The notes: generated from the sequence alone by a model not told the origin. 64,000 nt of DNA from Occultella glacieicola (GCF_004353825.1 NZ_SMNA01000005.1:248001-312000); one strand, 5' to 3'; shown: positions 46,710 through 59,549, counted from the stretch's first letter. Numbers and translations are program-made.

Positions 46710-47872
46710 GCGCACTCGCGGTCAACTACGCCCCGCTCGACATCGACATCGCCGACGGCGAGGGGGTGTGGATCACCGACACCGCCGGCAACCGCTACAT
46801 CGACTGCCTGGCCGGCTACTCGGCCCTGAACTTCGGGCACCGCAACCCCGAGCTGACCGCGGCCGCGCACGCCCAGCTCGACCGGGTCACGCTGACCGCG
46901 CGGGCGATCGGCAACGACCGGCTGCTCCCGTTCGCGGAGGCCGTGACCGCGCTCACCGGCACCGAGATGCTGCTGCCGATGAACACCGGGGCGGAGGCGG
47001 TGGAGACCGCCATCAAGACGTCCCGCAAGTGGGGCTACGACGTCAAGGGCGTGCCTCGCTACGACGCGACCATCGTGGTCGCCGCGAACGCCTTCCACGG
47101 CCGGACCACCACGATCGTCTCGATGTCGACCGACCCGGAGGCCCGCGACGGGTTCGGTCCGTACACCCCTGGGTTCCGGGTGGTGCCGTACGGGGACGCC
47201 GCGGCCGTCGCGGACGCCATCGACGAGACCACGGTCGCGGTGCTCGTGGAGCCGGTCCAGGGCGAGGCCGGGGTGATCATCCCGCCCGAGGACTACCTCG
47301 GCGCCCTGCGGGCCACCTGCACGGCCGCGAACGTGCTCCTGGTCCTGGACGAGATCCAGTCCGGGCTCGGCCGCACGGGGGCCACCCTCACCCAGGACCT
47401 GTCCGGGGTGCGGGCGGACCTGACCACGCTCGGCAAGGCGCTCGGCGGTGGCATCATCCCGACCTCGGCTCTCGTCGGCCGCGCGGATGTCATCGAGGTG
47501 GTCACCGCGGGCACCCACGGATCCACGTTCGGGGGGAACCCGCTCGCGTGCGCCGTGGGCCTGGCGGTCACGAAGATCCTCGGCACTGGGTACTACCAGG
47601 AGCGGGCCCGCACCCTGAGCCCGATCCTGGCCGAGCGGGCCAAGGACCTCGTGGCCGAGGGGCTGCTCACCGACGTGCGCTGCCTCGGCCTGTGGATGGG
47701 CGTGGACGTCGCGAACCTCACCGGGCGCCAGGTCAGCATCAGGCTCGCCGAACGGGGCGTGATCGCGAAGGAGACCCACGGCAACACCATCCGGTTCGCG
47801 CCGCCGTTGTGCGTCACCGAGGACGAACTGCACCAGGTCATGGACGCGCTCACGGCGGCCCTACGGGCCTGA
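46706..47872 (+). CDS. rocD: Ornithine--oxo-acid aminotransferase
   Basis: NYAPL, DCLAGYSALNFGH, PMNTGAEAVETAIK..RKWGY, FHGRT, EPVQGEAG, DEIQSGLGRTG, LGKALGGG, HGSTFGGNPLA. Confidence 0.93.
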   Translation: MSALAVNYAPLDIDIADGEGVWITDTAGNRYIDCLAGYSALNFGHRNPELTAAAHAQLDRVTLTARAIGNDRLLPFAEAVTALTGTEMLLPMNTGAEAVETAIKTSRKWGYDVKGVPRYDATIVVAANAFHGRTTTIVSMSTDPEARDGFGPYTPGFRVVPYGDAAAVADAIDETTVAVLVEPVQGEAGVIIPPEDYLGALRATCTAANVLLVLDEIQSGLGRTGATLTQDLSGVRADLTTLGKALGGGIIPTSALVGRADVIEVVTAGTHGSTFGGNPLACAVGLAVTKILGTGYYQERARTLSPILAERAKDLVAEGLLTDVRCLGLWMGVDVANLTGRQVSIRLAERGVIAKETHGNTIRFAPPLCVTEDELHQVMDALTAALRA

Positions 47873-47897
47873 GGGGGCGGCGCCGGCCCGGCCCCGG

Positions 47898-48830
47898 TCA
47901 GGGCCGGCGCTTCCACCCCATCGCGATCGGCGGGAGACCCTCGTCGGCCACCCGGGTCGGCACCACCATCACCGGGCACGCCGAGTGGTGCAACACCTGC
48001 TGGGAGGTGGAGCCGAGCAGCATCCCGGCGAACCCCCCGCGCCCACGGGAGCCCACCACCACCAGGTCGACGGCGGTGGAGAACTCCGAGAGCAGCGCGG
48101 CACCGTTGCCGTCCAGGGCGTGCCGGCGCACGGTCAGGTCCCGTCCCTCGAGGGCGTGGTCGACGGCGACGTTCAGCCCCTCCTTGACGTCGGCGAGCAC
48201 CCCCTCCCGGTCGACGGACGCGGGCAGCCAGCCGAGCAGACCCGCGCCCGCGCCGATCGGCACCGCGACGACCGCCGTCAGCTCCGCACCCCAGACCTCG
48301 GCCTCCTCGATCGCCCGACCGAGGGCGACCTTCGCGGACTCCGAGCCGTCGACCCCGACCACGATCCGCTTCACCGGCAGCGGGGTCTCCTCGCCCTCCC
48401 GCAGTGGCACCACCACCGTGGGGCAGTGCGCGTGCGCGGGCAGCGCCGAGGAGACGGTGCCGAGGATCCGCTCGGCGAACCCGCTCGTCCCCCGGGTGCC
48501 CACCACCGCGAGGCACACCTGCTTGGACAGGTCCACCAGGACCCCGGCCGCGTCGCCGGTCTCCAGCGCGCTGGTGACGTCCACCCCTCGGCCGTCGACC
48601 CGCGCCAGCGCCTCGTCGAGGACGGCCTGGGCGCCCTCCCGGATCGCCGTGTCGTCCAACGTGGCGTAGCCACCGTCGAGCGACGCCGCCGCGAACGTGG
48701 GCAGGGCGTACGCGCACACCAGGTGTAGCCGCCAACCGACCCGCTTCGCCTGGGCGACCGCCCAGTCCAGGGCGTTCAGGCTCGCCGCTGAGCCGTCCAC
48801 CCCGACGAGGATCACCTGTTCATGCTCCAT
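47898..48830 (-). CDS. Tandem-domain universal stress protein
   Basis: Two VGVDGS...VVG(T/S)RG..GF..LLG units. Confidence 0.93.
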   Translation of the reverse strand: MEHEQVILVGVDGSAASLNALDWAVAQAKRVGWRLHLVCAYALPTFAAASLDGGYATLDDTAIREGAQAVLDEALARVDGRGVDVTSALETGDAAGVLVDLSKQVCLAVVGTRGTSGFAERILGTVSSALPAHAHCPTVVVPLREGEETPLPVKRIVVGVDGSESAKVALGRAIEEAEVWGAELTAVVAVPIGAGAGLLGWLPASVDREGVLADVKEGLNVAVDHALEGRDLTVRRHALDGNGAALLSEFSTAVDLVVVGSRGRGGFAGMLLGSTSQQVLHHSACPVMVVPTRVADEGLPPIAMGWKRRP

Positions 48831-48944
48831 GACCGCTTCACCGCCGTCCCTTGGGAATCTCTTTGACTATTGTGCCCCGTCCGGGCGCGCCCCGCAGCGT
48901 TCCCCACGCGGGGAAACGAGAACGTTACCGGCCTGGAACGACGA

Positions 48945-48975
48945 ATGGCCCGCCCCCGGTCGGGGGGCGGGCCAT
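48945..48975. terminator. Hairpin terminator downstream of the NlpC/P60 gene
   Basis: ATGGCCCGCCCCC-ggtcg-GGGGGCGGGCCAT, 13-bp stem. Confidence 0.75.
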
Positions 48976-48992
48976 CCGTTGGGAGAGCGTGC

Positions 48993-49772
48993 TCAGAGAA
49001 CCCGGATGAAGGTGGGGTTCGAGCGGTAGATCGGGCCGGCGGTCAGCGGGGTACCGGGGTTGCGCGCAGCGATGTGCTGGTTGCCACCGAGGTAGATGCC
49101 GACGTGGCCGGGCCACCAGATCAGGTCACCGGGCTGCGCCTCGGACGCCGAGACCACGGTGCCCGAGCCGCGCTGCGCGGAGGAGCTGCGCGGCAGGCTG
49201 ATGCCCACCTGGGCGAACACGTAGGACGTGAACCCGGAGCAGTCGAAGCCGGACGGGGTGCCACCGCCGTACACGTACGGGGTGCCCACGTAGCGGTAGG
49301 CGATGTCGATCACGGCTGCGGCCGAGGCCGAGGTGACCTGCGGAGCGGGGGCGGCCTCCTCGACAGCCTCGCGCTCGGTGCTGCGCGACGCCTGCGTGGT
49401 GGTGCTGCGGCTCGTGGTCTCGGTGCGCACGACCGGCGGCGGGGGCGGCGGCGGGGCGGCCTCGGACGTCGCCTCCACGGCGGTGAACGTCCACGCGGCG
49501 TCGGCGGCCACGGTGACGGTCTCGGCGGTGGTGCCCGGCGCGTCCAGGTTGGCGGCCGCGGCGGCCGTCAGGTTCGCGGTCTGCACCGGCGCCACGTTGT
49601 TCGGGGCGGCGATGCCTGCGGAGGCGCTCAGCGTGAGGATGATCCCCGAGGAAGCCACAGCGGCAGCGGTGCGGCGACCGACGGTCCCTGCAACGGCCTG
49701 ACCGAACGTGGTCAAGGGGGTGACGGGACGGCGGGCGGCTCGGTGCCGCGCGCCTGCGGTGCATTCAGTCAA
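48993..49772 (-). CDS. NlpC/P60 (C40) cell-wall peptidase
   Basis: ARHR N-terminus, signal/TM segment, GTPYVYGG..PSGFDCSGFT, PGDL, GHVGIY; TTG start at 49772 after AGGAGAGG. Confidence 0.92.
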   Translation of the reverse strand: MTECTAGARHRAARRPVTPLTTFGQAVAGTVGRRTAAAVASSGIILTLSASAGIAAPNNVAPVQTANLTAAAAANLDAPGTTAETVTVAADAAWTFTAVEATSEAAPPPPPPPVVRTETTSRSTTTQASRSTEREAVEEAAPAPQVTSASAAAVIDIAYRYVGTPYVYGGGTPSGFDCSGFTSYVFAQVGISLPRSSSAQRGSGTVVSASEAQPGDLIWWPGHVGIYLGGNQHIAARNPGTPLTAGPIYRSNPTFIRVL

Positions 49773-49782
49773 AGTGGTACCT

Positions 49783-49960
49783 CTCCTGACGCCTACGAGG
49801 TGAGCTGTCGGGTTCGGGTGGGAGATCACCCGGTCTGCCGGACCTCACGATCCGGCGGGACTTCACCCCAAGGAGTTCATCGACAACCTGAACACCAGAA
49901 GGATTGGGTCCCCCGTCCCTGTCGCTTGCTGTACGGGACCTCGTTCGGTGACAGGGCTAG
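49783..49960 (-). ncRNA. Cyclic di-AMP (ydaO/yuaA) riboswitch
   Basis: Reverse complement: CCGAA...GGGACGGGGACCCA...TTGGGGTGAAG...CCGGGTGA...CCCGAACCCGACAGCTCACCTCGTAGGCG, upstream of a cell-wall hydrolase. Confidence 0.92.
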
Positions 49961-50111
49961 GCGTCCGTCCGAGGTACTCGCCGAAGGAGGGTTTCGTCGA
50001 GCGAGGTTGAGGCTACATGACGCTCGCGGCAATTGTCACGTTCCGGTCACGAAGTGTGTCCGGACGGGCACCGCGACCCGGTCGCTCGGCTCGAAAGCGG
50101 CTCGGGCCCGA

Positions 50112-50798
50112 CTACTTCACCGACCTCACGAACAGGTGGCGCGCGGTGTCCTCGGGTACCTCGAGGGCGTACTCGGCGCCCTCGACACTGACCGTGATGA
50201 CGTCCTGGGAGCGCTGCGACGTCAGCACGGCGCCCGGTCGGACGCCGGCCTCGCTGAACCGGGCGAGCAGTTCCACGTCGACCTGCAGCGGCTCCCCGAT
50301 GCGGGTCAGCACGAACTCGACCCGGTCGCCGGTGACCGCGTCCGCGAGTGCGACGCCCAGGTCCGGGACCGGCCGGGCCTCCCCGAACTCCTCGAGCCCC
50401 GGGATCGGGTTGCCGTACGGGTCGTGGTCGGGGTGGTTCATCAGAGTGAGCAGGCGCTCCTCGACCTGGCGGCTCATGACGTGCTCCCAGCGGCAGGCCT
50501 CCTCGTGCACGTGCGGCCAGTCCAGCCCGATCACGTCGGTGAGCAGCCGTTCGGCCAGGCGGTGCTTGCGCATCACCCGGGTGGCACGCGCCAGGCCCTC
50601 CTCGGTCAGTTCCAGATGACGGTCGCCGGTGACGATCATCAGGCCATCGCGCTCCAACCGTGCGACGGTCTGGGAGACGGTCGGGCCGGAATGACCGAGA
50701 CGCTCGGCGATCCTGGCCCGGAGCGGCACGATGCCGTCCTCCATGAGCTCGAACACCGTCTTCAGATACATCTCGGTCGTGTCGATCAGATCGGCCAT
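50112..50798 (-). CDS. ideR: DtxR/IdeR iron-dependent repressor
   Basis: DLIDTTEMYL, PLRARIAERL.HSGPTVSQTVAR, MRKHRLAERLL, EEACRWEHVMS, PYGNPIPGL. Confidence 0.92.
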   Translation of the reverse strand: MADLIDTTEMYLKTVFELMEDGIVPLRARIAERLGHSGPTVSQTVARLERDGLMIVTGDRHLELTEEGLARATRVMRKHRLAERLLTDVIGLDWPHVHEEACRWEHVMSRQVEERLLTLMNHPDHDPYGNPIPGLEEFGEARPVPDLGVALADAVTGDRVEFVLTRIGEPLQVDVELLARFSEAGVRPGAVLTSQRSQDVITVSVEGAEYALEVPEDTARHLFVRSVK

Positions 50799-50966
50799 GA
50801 CGTCCTATCCATCCCCTTGCTCCGCGAACCTGGCCCAACCTTAGTCGCTGCGCCCCGACATCCGACCTCGGGCGCCGCACGGCCCGCCGACGCCGCTCCC
50901 GAACGCCAGGCGGACCGCGCCCCGGCTGGTCCGGACGGGCCCCGCCGATCACCTACCCTCAGCGTG

Positions 50967-53085
<2,119 letters not shown>

Positions 53086-53086
<1 letters not shown>

Positions 53087-53895
53087 TGCGCGGGCTCGTG
53101 GGCCGGGTGGCCCTGGTCACCGGCGCCGGACACGGCATCGGCGCAGCGATCGCCGGCCGGCTCGCCGCCGAGGGTGTGCGGGTGGTCGCCGCGGACCTGG
53201 ACCTGCCGGCAGCGGAGGCGGTCGTCTCGGAGCTCCCGACGGCGGGTCGCGCCCTGCGCATGGACGTCACCGACCGGGCCGGGGTGGAGGCGGCGGTCGC
53301 CGCCGCGGTCGAGGAGTTCGGCGGCATCGACATCCTCGTCAACAACGTCGGGGTCGCGGGTGGGCGCCCGTTCGACCAGCTCGACGACGCCGAGTGGGAC
53401 CGCCAGGTGGAGCCGACCCTGCGCGGCGCGCTGCGGTGCATCCAGGTCTGCCTTCCGGAACTGCTGCGGGCCGCCGGCGGCGGCCGGATCGTCTCGATCT
53501 CCTCCGTGAACGGGATGACGGCCGTGGGCGACGTGCCGTACTCGGCCGCGAAGGCCGCCCTGATCAACGCGTCGATGAACATCGCGGTGGAGTACGGGCC
53601 CAAGGCACTGGGCACCGCGAGCGGCGGCTCCGGCTGGGTCCGCGCGAACGTCGTCGCCCCGGGGACGATCGTGACCCGGAACTGGACCGAGAACGGCCCC
53701 GAGCAGTTGCAGATGCTGGAGTCGATGTCCCAGCTCTACCCGATGGGCCGGGTGGGCCAACCGGACGAGGTGGCGGCCGCCGTCGCCTTCCTGGCCTCCG
53801 ACGACGCGTCCTGGATCACCGGGATCACGCTGCCGGTCGACGGCGGCTTCCTGACCGGACCCCTGGTCCGGATCCGCGACTTCGCGGGCGACTGA
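53086..53895 (+). CDS. SDR-family oxidoreductase
   Basis: TGAGHGIG, ILVNNVG, YSAAK, PVDGG. Confidence 0.92.
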
Positions 53896-53902
53896 CCCCG
53901 GC

Positions 53903-54760
53903 TCAGCCGAACACGCCGAGAGCACCCCAGCCGGCCAGGAGGCCGGCGTGCCGACTGACGAGCAGCACCAGCGTGACCACCGCGAGCACGACGCCCGTGA
54001 GCACCGCGTCGCCGGGGGTCAACCGGGCCGGGTCATGGATCGTGCGGCGGCCGGCGCCGAGGCCGCGGGTCTCGAGGGCGATCGACATCCGTTCCCCGCG
54101 GCGCAGGGTCGTGACCAGAAGCGTGAACGCGGCGCGGGTGAGCGCCCGGGGCGAGCGGGGCAGTGCGACGGGACGATGCGGGGCACGCGAGCCGCGCCGC
54201 TGTACCCCTCGGCCGGGCGCGCGCGTGCGGCGCATCGCCTGCGCCTGGCGGATCGTCTGCCATTGCTGCGGCAGCTGCTCCAGGAGCCGGTACCCGGCCA
54301 GCACCGCGTAGGCGAAGGCGCCGGACAGCCGCACGTGCTGGTGCAGGCTGGTCATCAGCCGGGCGCCGTCGGTGGTGAGCACGAACCCGAGCGACAGGGT
54401 GCCGATGAGCAGGGTCCGGACCGCGAGGGACGCCCCGATGGCCAGGCCCGGCGCGGTCACGTCGAAGGGGCCGAGCGTGCCGACCACCTCACCCTGCCGG
54501 GTGAGCGCGTTGACGGTGAACAGGCTGAGCCCGAACAGTGCGAACGGCACGTGCGCGCGGGCCAGGGTGCGCGGCGGGATCCGGCCGGCGACGGCGACCG
54601 CGGGCAGCGCGATCAGGTACAGGGCCGTGGGCGTCCAGGGGTCGAACACACCGGTGACGACGGCGGAGGTCACCAGCACGAGGGCGAGCTTGACGGCCGG
54701 GTCCCGCCGGTGCAGGAGCGAGTCCACGTCCAGGGGGCGGCCGAAGGCGGTCGCGCTCAC
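53903..54760 (-). CDS. ECF transporter T component (YkoC-like)
   Basis: RDPAVKL, TM helices, AYAVLAGYR, ALETRG; GTG at 54760. Confidence 0.87.
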   Translation of the reverse strand: MSATAFGRPLDVDSLLHRRDPAVKLALVLVTSAVVTGVFDPWTPTALYLIALPAVAVAGRIPPRTLARAHVPFALFGLSLFTVNALTRQGEVVGTLGPFDVTAPGLAIGASLAVRTLLIGTLSLGFVLTTDGARLMTSLHQHVRLSGAFAYAVLAGYRLLEQLPQQWQTIRQAQAMRRTRAPGRGVQRRGSRAPHRPVALPRSPRALTRAAFTLLVTTLRRGERMSIALETRGLGAGRRTIHDPARLTPGDAVLTGVVLAVVTLVLLVSRHAGLLAGWGALGVFG

Positions 54761-56481
54761 GCCGGGACCGCCCGGCCCGGCCGGTCCAGCCCAGTGGCGG
54801 CGTCCAGGGTCTCGAGCAGGTCCCGCAGCGGCAGGCCGCTGCCGCGCCACCCCTCGAGCAGCGGTGGCAGCGCCAGCCCGGCCCGATCGAGGGCGGCGCC
54901 GGCGAGCACCTCGTCCACCCCTCCGCGGGCGAGCACCCCGCCGGGCAGCGGGATCCCCCCGGGCCGCACCTCGCCGCCGCCGAGGACCACCACCTCATCG
55001 GCCAGGGTGGCCACCAGACGCAGGTCGTGACTGACCAGGACCACGCCCCGCCCGTCGTCGGCGAGCCCGCGCAGGGCCCGGGCGACGGCGGCCGTGGTGC
55101 GCCGGTCCTGCCCGAACGTGGGCTCGTCCGCGAGGAAGACCTCGTCGTCGCAGACCGCCATGGCGGCGAGCGAGAGCCGGCGCTGCTGCCCGCCGGAGAG
55201 CCGGAACGGGTCCCGGTCGGCGACCGCGGCGAGGTGGTAGCGCGCCAGGGCGGCCTCGACGACCCCGGGACGGGTCGCGTCCGCCCCGTGCGCCACCTCG
55301 GCGCGCACCGAGCGCGCGAGAAACTGGTGCTCGGGATTCTGGAACACCAGGCCGGCCGGTGGGCCGTCGATCGTGCCGGTGAACGGCAGCAGCCCGGCGA
55401 GGGCGAGCAGCAGGCTCGACTTCCCGGACCCGTTCGCCCCGAGGACCGCGGTGATCCGGCCGCGGTGCACGTCCAGGTCGACGCCGGTCAGGACCGGCGT
55501 CGCCGCGCGGTGCACGCCGAGCCCGCGGGCGCGCAGGAGCGCCCCACCGGCCGGACCCTTCGACGACGTGGCCGACGGTGCCGAGGGTGACCGACGTGCG
55601 CTGCGCCGTCGGGCCATCAGCTCGAGCAGCCCCGCGCGCAGCGCGGCGACCCCGGGGGCGACCTCACGCCCCAGCGCCGCCCCGACCTCGACCCGAGCCG
55701 GCAGCCACGCCCCGGCGGCCGTCAGGTCCGCGCCGTGCTCGCGCAACACCTGCTGCGTCGGACCGGCGGCCCGGACCCGGCCGGCGTCGTCGAGGACGAC
55801 CACCCGCTCGGGCAGCCTGCCCAGCTCGTCGAGTCGGTGCTCGATGAGCACCTGGGCCGGCCCGGGATCGGCGAGCAGGGCGCCGATCCGCCGGGCCGCC
55901 GCGGTGTCCAGCAACGCCGTCGGCTCGTCGAGGAGCAGCACCTCGGGACGGGCCACGAGCGCCGCGGCGAGCGCGACCCGCTGCCCCTGCCCGCCGGAGA
56001 GCTCACCGGTGCGCCGCCCGGCCAGGTGCGCCGCCCCGACGGCCGCGAGCGCGGCACGCACCCGCGGGCCGATCCGCTCCGGTGGCACGGCCCGGTTCTC
56101 GCAGGCGAACGCGACCTCGTCCGTCACGGTGGGCAGGCACAGCTGGTCGGCGGGGTCCTGGGTGAGGGTGCCGACCCGGGCGGCCAGGACCGGCACCGGC
56201 GTGGTGGTGGGATCCGCCCCGGCGATGGCGACCCGGCCGGTCACCTCGGCGTCGATGGTCCCCGGGACCACCCCGGCGAGGACCCGCAGCACCGTGCTCT
56301 TCCCGGAGCCCGATGAGCCCATCAGCAGCAGCCGCTGCCCGGCGGGCACGTCGAGGTCGACACCGTCGAGGGTGGGCTCCGCCGCCGTCGGGTAGTGCAC
56401 GCGCAGGTCCGCTGCCGTGACCGCAGCGGGGGCGCCCGGTCCCGCACGCCGGTCGGTCGCCGGCGACGGAGCGGCCGTCAT
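54757..56481 (-). CDS. ECF transporter double ATPase (YkoD-like)
   Basis: GSSGSGKS/LSGGQ/LLLDEP and GANGSGKS/FQNPEHQF/LSGGQ/DEPTFGQD; ATG at 56481. Confidence 0.9.
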   Translation of the reverse strand: MTAAPSPATDRRAGPGAPAAVTAADLRVHYPTAAEPTLDGVDLDVPAGQRLLLMGSSGSGKSTVLRVLAGVVPGTIDAEVTGRVAIAGADPTTTPVPVLAARVGTLTQDPADQLCLPTVTDEVAFACENRAVPPERIGPRVRAALAAVGAAHLAGRRTGELSGGQGQRVALAAALVARPEVLLLDEPTALLDTAAARRIGALLADPGPAQVLIEHRLDELGRLPERVVVLDDAGRVRAAGPTQQVLREHGADLTAAGAWLPARVEVGAALGREVAPGVAALRAGLLELMARRRSARRSPSAPSATSSKGPAGGALLRARGLGVHRAATPVLTGVDLDVHRGRITAVLGANGSGKSSLLLALAGLLPFTGTIDGPPAGLVFQNPEHQFLARSVRAEVAHGADATRPGVVEAALARYHLAAVADRDPFRLSGGQQRRLSLAAMAVCDDEVFLADEPTFGQDRRTTAAVARALRGLADDGRGVVLVSHDLRLVATLADEVVVLGGGEVRPGGIPLPGGVLARGGVDEVLAGAALDRAGLALPPLLEGWRGSGLPLRDLLETLDAATGLDRPGRAVPA

Positions 56482-57158
56482 CGGCGCTGTGCCCGGGCCG
56501 CGGCCCGCTCCGCCCGGCCGATCGCGTAGTTGTCGAGTACCCCGGTGCGCAGCAGGGCGTCGCCGATCACCTTCGCGAGGAGCCCGCAGAGCAGGATGCC
56601 GCTGGCGAACTGCAGGCCCACGCGCAGCGCGAAGAAGTCCTGACCGGCCCAGCCGAACCGGACCACGCCGAGCATCAGGTTGAACAGGGCGGCGCTGATC
56701 CCGGACGCCACGAACACGCTCCAGCCGAACCGGCGGTACCGGGTCAGCGCGAACGGGAGCTCGGCGCCGACCCCCTGGATCAGGCCGACCAGGAGCAGCA
56801 TCGGGCCCACCGGTGAGGCCAGGAACACGACCTCGACGATCGCGGCGATGATCTCGACGACGACCCCGACGCCCGGCTTGCGGACGATGTAGACCGCGAG
56901 CGGGGCGACCACCATCCACCCGCCGGCGAGGGCGTTCTGGGCGAGGTCGCCGAACGGGCCCATCGCCACCTGCAGCCAGCCCCAGAGCTGCACCAGGGCC
57001 CAGTACAGGAACCCGAAGACGACGGCAAGCGCGGCCAGCAGGACCAGGTCGTGGAGGGTGATCGGGGAGCGGCGGGGTGCCGTGGGCCGCGGGCTGTGTC
57101 CGTTCGGCCCGGCCGGGCTCGGGGTGTCGCGGCGTGGCCCGTCGGTACGGGCGCTCAT
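56478..57158 (-). CDS. ECF S component for thiamine/HMP (YkoE-like)
   Basis: DLVLLAALAVVFG, VRKPG, GLIQGVGAEL, LLRTGVL; under TPP riboswitch control. Confidence 0.88.
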   Translation of the reverse strand: MSARTDGPRRDTPSPAGPNGHSPRPTAPRRSPITLHDLVLLAALAVVFGFLYWALVQLWGWLQVAMGPFGDLAQNALAGGWMVVAPLAVYIVRKPGVGVVVEIIAAIVEVVFLASPVGPMLLLVGLIQGVGAELPFALTRYRRFGWSVFVASGISAALFNLMLGVVRFGWAGQDFFALRVGLQFASGILLCGLLAKVIGDALLRTGVLDNYAIGRAERAAARAQRR

Positions 57159-57886
57159 CGGTCGCCCGCAGAGGTCGGGGCGCTGGGCGAGTCCACCGAG
57201 CTCGGCGAGTTCAGGGAGATCGTCGCGTGGGTGGCGACGTGCCGGACGGACCGTCCGACGGTCAGCCAGGCGTCCCCGATCGTGGTCAGGACGTCGGCGA
57301 GATCGCCGTCCAGACGGGTCGCGAAGTGCTCGCCACGGGTGAGGGTGCCGCGCCTGCGGGCTCCCTCGATCGCGGCGTAGATCGCGGTCATGTGATCGCC
57401 GTCGGGCCCGTCGTGCAGCGGGTACAGCGACCAGTGCGCGGCCGCGCGCAGCCCGGTGGCCGGGATCGGGGCGAGTGGCGCCGGGGCGTACGCGACGCCG
57501 TCGGCCACCTCGCAGGCGACCTCGCCCGGGCAGCCGCGGGACAGCAGCACCTGGGCGACCGTGTGTACGCCGGTGCGCCCGGCCCGCGCGATCACCGCGG
57601 TGAGGTAGCCGAGCACGTCGGACTCCGGCCCGCGCACGAACGTCGAGACGTCGTCGGTGACCACCTCGAGCCCGGCTCGCAGCTCCGGGTCCACGGCGAG
57701 CGCGTCGGTGATGACTGCCACGAAGTCGTCCGTGAGCGGCAGCAGCGTGAACCGGGCACCGACGCCGTACTCCTCCGGCGTGGGCGAGGTGGGTCGCTGG
57801 GCCGGGGCGGGTGCGTGGGCATCGGTCTGGGCCGGCGGGCCGGCTGCCGGCGAAACGGCCGGGGTGTCGATCTGCTGGGTGCGCAT
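57155..57886 (-). CDS. YkoF-family thiamine/HMP-binding protein
   Basis: GARFTL...TDDVSTFVRG...LSRGCPGE...WSLYPL...HMTAI...NSPS. Confidence 0.85.
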   Translation of the reverse strand: MRTQQIDTPAVSPAAGPPAQTDAHAPAPAQRPTSPTPEEYGVGARFTLLPLTDDFVAVITDALAVDPELRAGLEVVTDDVSTFVRGPESDVLGYLTAVIARAGRTGVHTVAQVLLSRGCPGEVACEVADGVAYAPAPLAPIPATGLRAAAHWSLYPLHDGPDGDHMTAIYAAIEGARRRGTLTRGEHFATRLDGDLADVLTTIGDAWLTVGRSVRHVATHATISLNSPSSVDSPSAPTSAGDR

Positions 57887-57979
57887 CGTGGGTCCTCTCG
57901 TGGAAGGACCCCCGGCGAGTGCACGACGCCGGGCCCCTCCCGCGCCCGAGACTGCGCACGCGGGTGGTGCCCGACAACT

Positions 57980-58080
57980 GCCCTACTCCCTACGCTGGTG
58001 CTAACCAGGTCAGGTTCCTCGGGTCTGCGGCCGGTGTACCGACCGCACTCTCAGCGCCAACGCGCTCCCCGGGGGCTGTG
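57980..58080 (-). ncRNA. TPP riboswitch
   Basis: Reverse complement: GGGGAGC...GCTGAGAG...AGACCC..GAACCTGACCTGGTTAGCACCAGCGTAGGGAG, upstream of the ykoF-like gene. Confidence 0.92.
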
Positions 58081-58217
58081 TCCGGGCCAGCCTAGCCCCG
58101 AGGACGCCGCGCCCGGCAAGGCGCGTCCACGGTGTGGACGGCGCCGAAGGCATCCGGCTCATGTGCTGCCCTGGCCTGACCCGCGGCACGCCGGACCGCC
58201 TCAGGGCGGGCGGGCTG

Positions 58218-59549
58218 TCAGGCGGCCTGGCCACCGTCGGCGGCCTGCTGGGAGGCCACCTCGACCTGCGCGCGCTCCCGGGCGGCGCGCTCCTCGGCGT
58301 TGGTGAGGACCAGATGCGGGCGGCGGCCCATCCGGTAGGAGACCTCGACCTGCCAGTGCCGGCGGGCCCACAGGGCGGCGGCTGCGGCGATGAGCACGGA
58401 GGCGATCGCGCCGATCCCGATGGACCAGCGCGGTCCCCAGGCCTCGGCGACCCAGCCCACGAACGGCGAGCCGATCGGGTTCCCGGCGAACAGCACCACC
58501 ACGTACAGGCTCATCACCCGGCCGCGGATCGCGGGGTCGGTGCTGATCTGGATGGCGGCGTTCGCGGAGGTGAGCATGGTGATGGAGAAGAACCCCACCG
58601 GGATGCAGGCGAGCGCGTACAACTCGTAGGTGGGCGCGATCGACATCAGGCCGGAGAACAGTCCGAACAAGGCGGCCGAGGCGATCACGCTGCGGACCCG
58701 GGGCCGCTTGCGCCGGGCGGCCAGGAGCGCGCCGGCGAGGGAACCGATCGCCAGGATCGAGCCGAGGATGCCGTACTCGCCGGCGTCCCTGCCGAACTCG
58801 ATCCGGGCCATCACCGCGGAGGTGAGCTGGAAGTTCAGCCCGAGGCCGCCCACCACGAACACGATGATCATGATCATCGTGATGTCGGTGCGGCGCCGGA
58901 CATACGACAGCCCGGCCCGCAGCTGTCCCTTGGCACGGCCGACGCGCGGCGACACGTGCAGCTCGCCGACCCGCATGATCGCCATCACGAAGATCGTGGC
59001 GGCGAACGAGGCGGCGTTGATGAGGAACACCCAGCCCGGTCCCACCAGGGCGATCAGCAGCCCCGCGGCGCCCGGTCCGATCAGCCGGGCAGCGTTGAAG
59101 GACGCGCTGTTCAGGGCCACGGCGTTGGCCAGTCCGCTCGCCGGCACCAGTTCGGAGACGAACGTCTGCCGGGCCGGGGCGTCGAACGCGCTCGCCACCC
59201 CGAGCAGGGTCGCGAAGACGTACACGTGCCACAACTCGGCGTGGCCGAACAGCACCAGGACGCCGAGCGCGGCGGCGAGGACCCCCAGGATCCCCTGCGT
59301 GGCCATCAGCAGCTTGCGCCGGTCGATCCGGTCGGCGAGCAGTCCCGCGTACGGGCTGAGCAGCACCGACGGTGCGAACTGCAGGCCGGTGACGATCCCG
59401 ACGGCGAGGCCGGAGTCGTCGGACAGCTCGGTCAGGACCAGCCAGTCCTGGGCGATCCGCTGCATCCAGGTGCCCACGTTGGCGACGAGGGCACCGGCGA
59501 ACCACAGCCGGTAGTTGTAGAGCCTCAACGAGGCGAACATCGAACTCAC
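58218..59549 (-). CDS. MFS transporter (MFS_3/DHA3-like)
   Basis: MFASLRLYNYRLWF, GTWMQRIAQDWLV, ADRIDRRKLL, DAPARQTFV, RGRVMSLY; GTGA overlap with the MarR stop. Confidence 0.92.
   Translation of the reverse strand: MSSMFASLRLYNYRLWFAGALVANVGTWMQRIAQDWLVLTELSDDSGLAVGIVTGLQFAPSVLLSPYAGLLADRIDRRKLLMATQGILGVLAAALGVLVLFGHAELWHVYVFATLLGVASAFDAPARQTFVSELVPASGLANAVALNSASFNAARLIGPGAAGLLIALVGPGWVFLINAASFAATIFVMAIMRVGELHVSPRVGRAKGQLRAGLSYVRRRTDITMIMIIVFVVGGLGLNFQLTSAVMARIEFGRDAGEYGILGSILAIGSLAGALLAARRKRPRVRSVIASAALFGLFSGLMSIAPTYELYALACIPVGFFSITMLTSANAAIQISTDPAIRGRVMSLYVVVLFAGNPIGSPFVGWVAEAWGPRWSIGIGAIASVLIAAAAALWARRHWQVEVSYRMGRRPHLVLTNAEERAARERAQVEVASQQAADGGQAA

Noticed and set aside
48870..50966. 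N-terminal about 700 aa of the 1037-aa ORF-track call
   Set aside because: It overlaps the NlpC/P60 gene, the c-di-AMP riboswitch and ideR on the opposite strand; the real CDS starts at about 50967.
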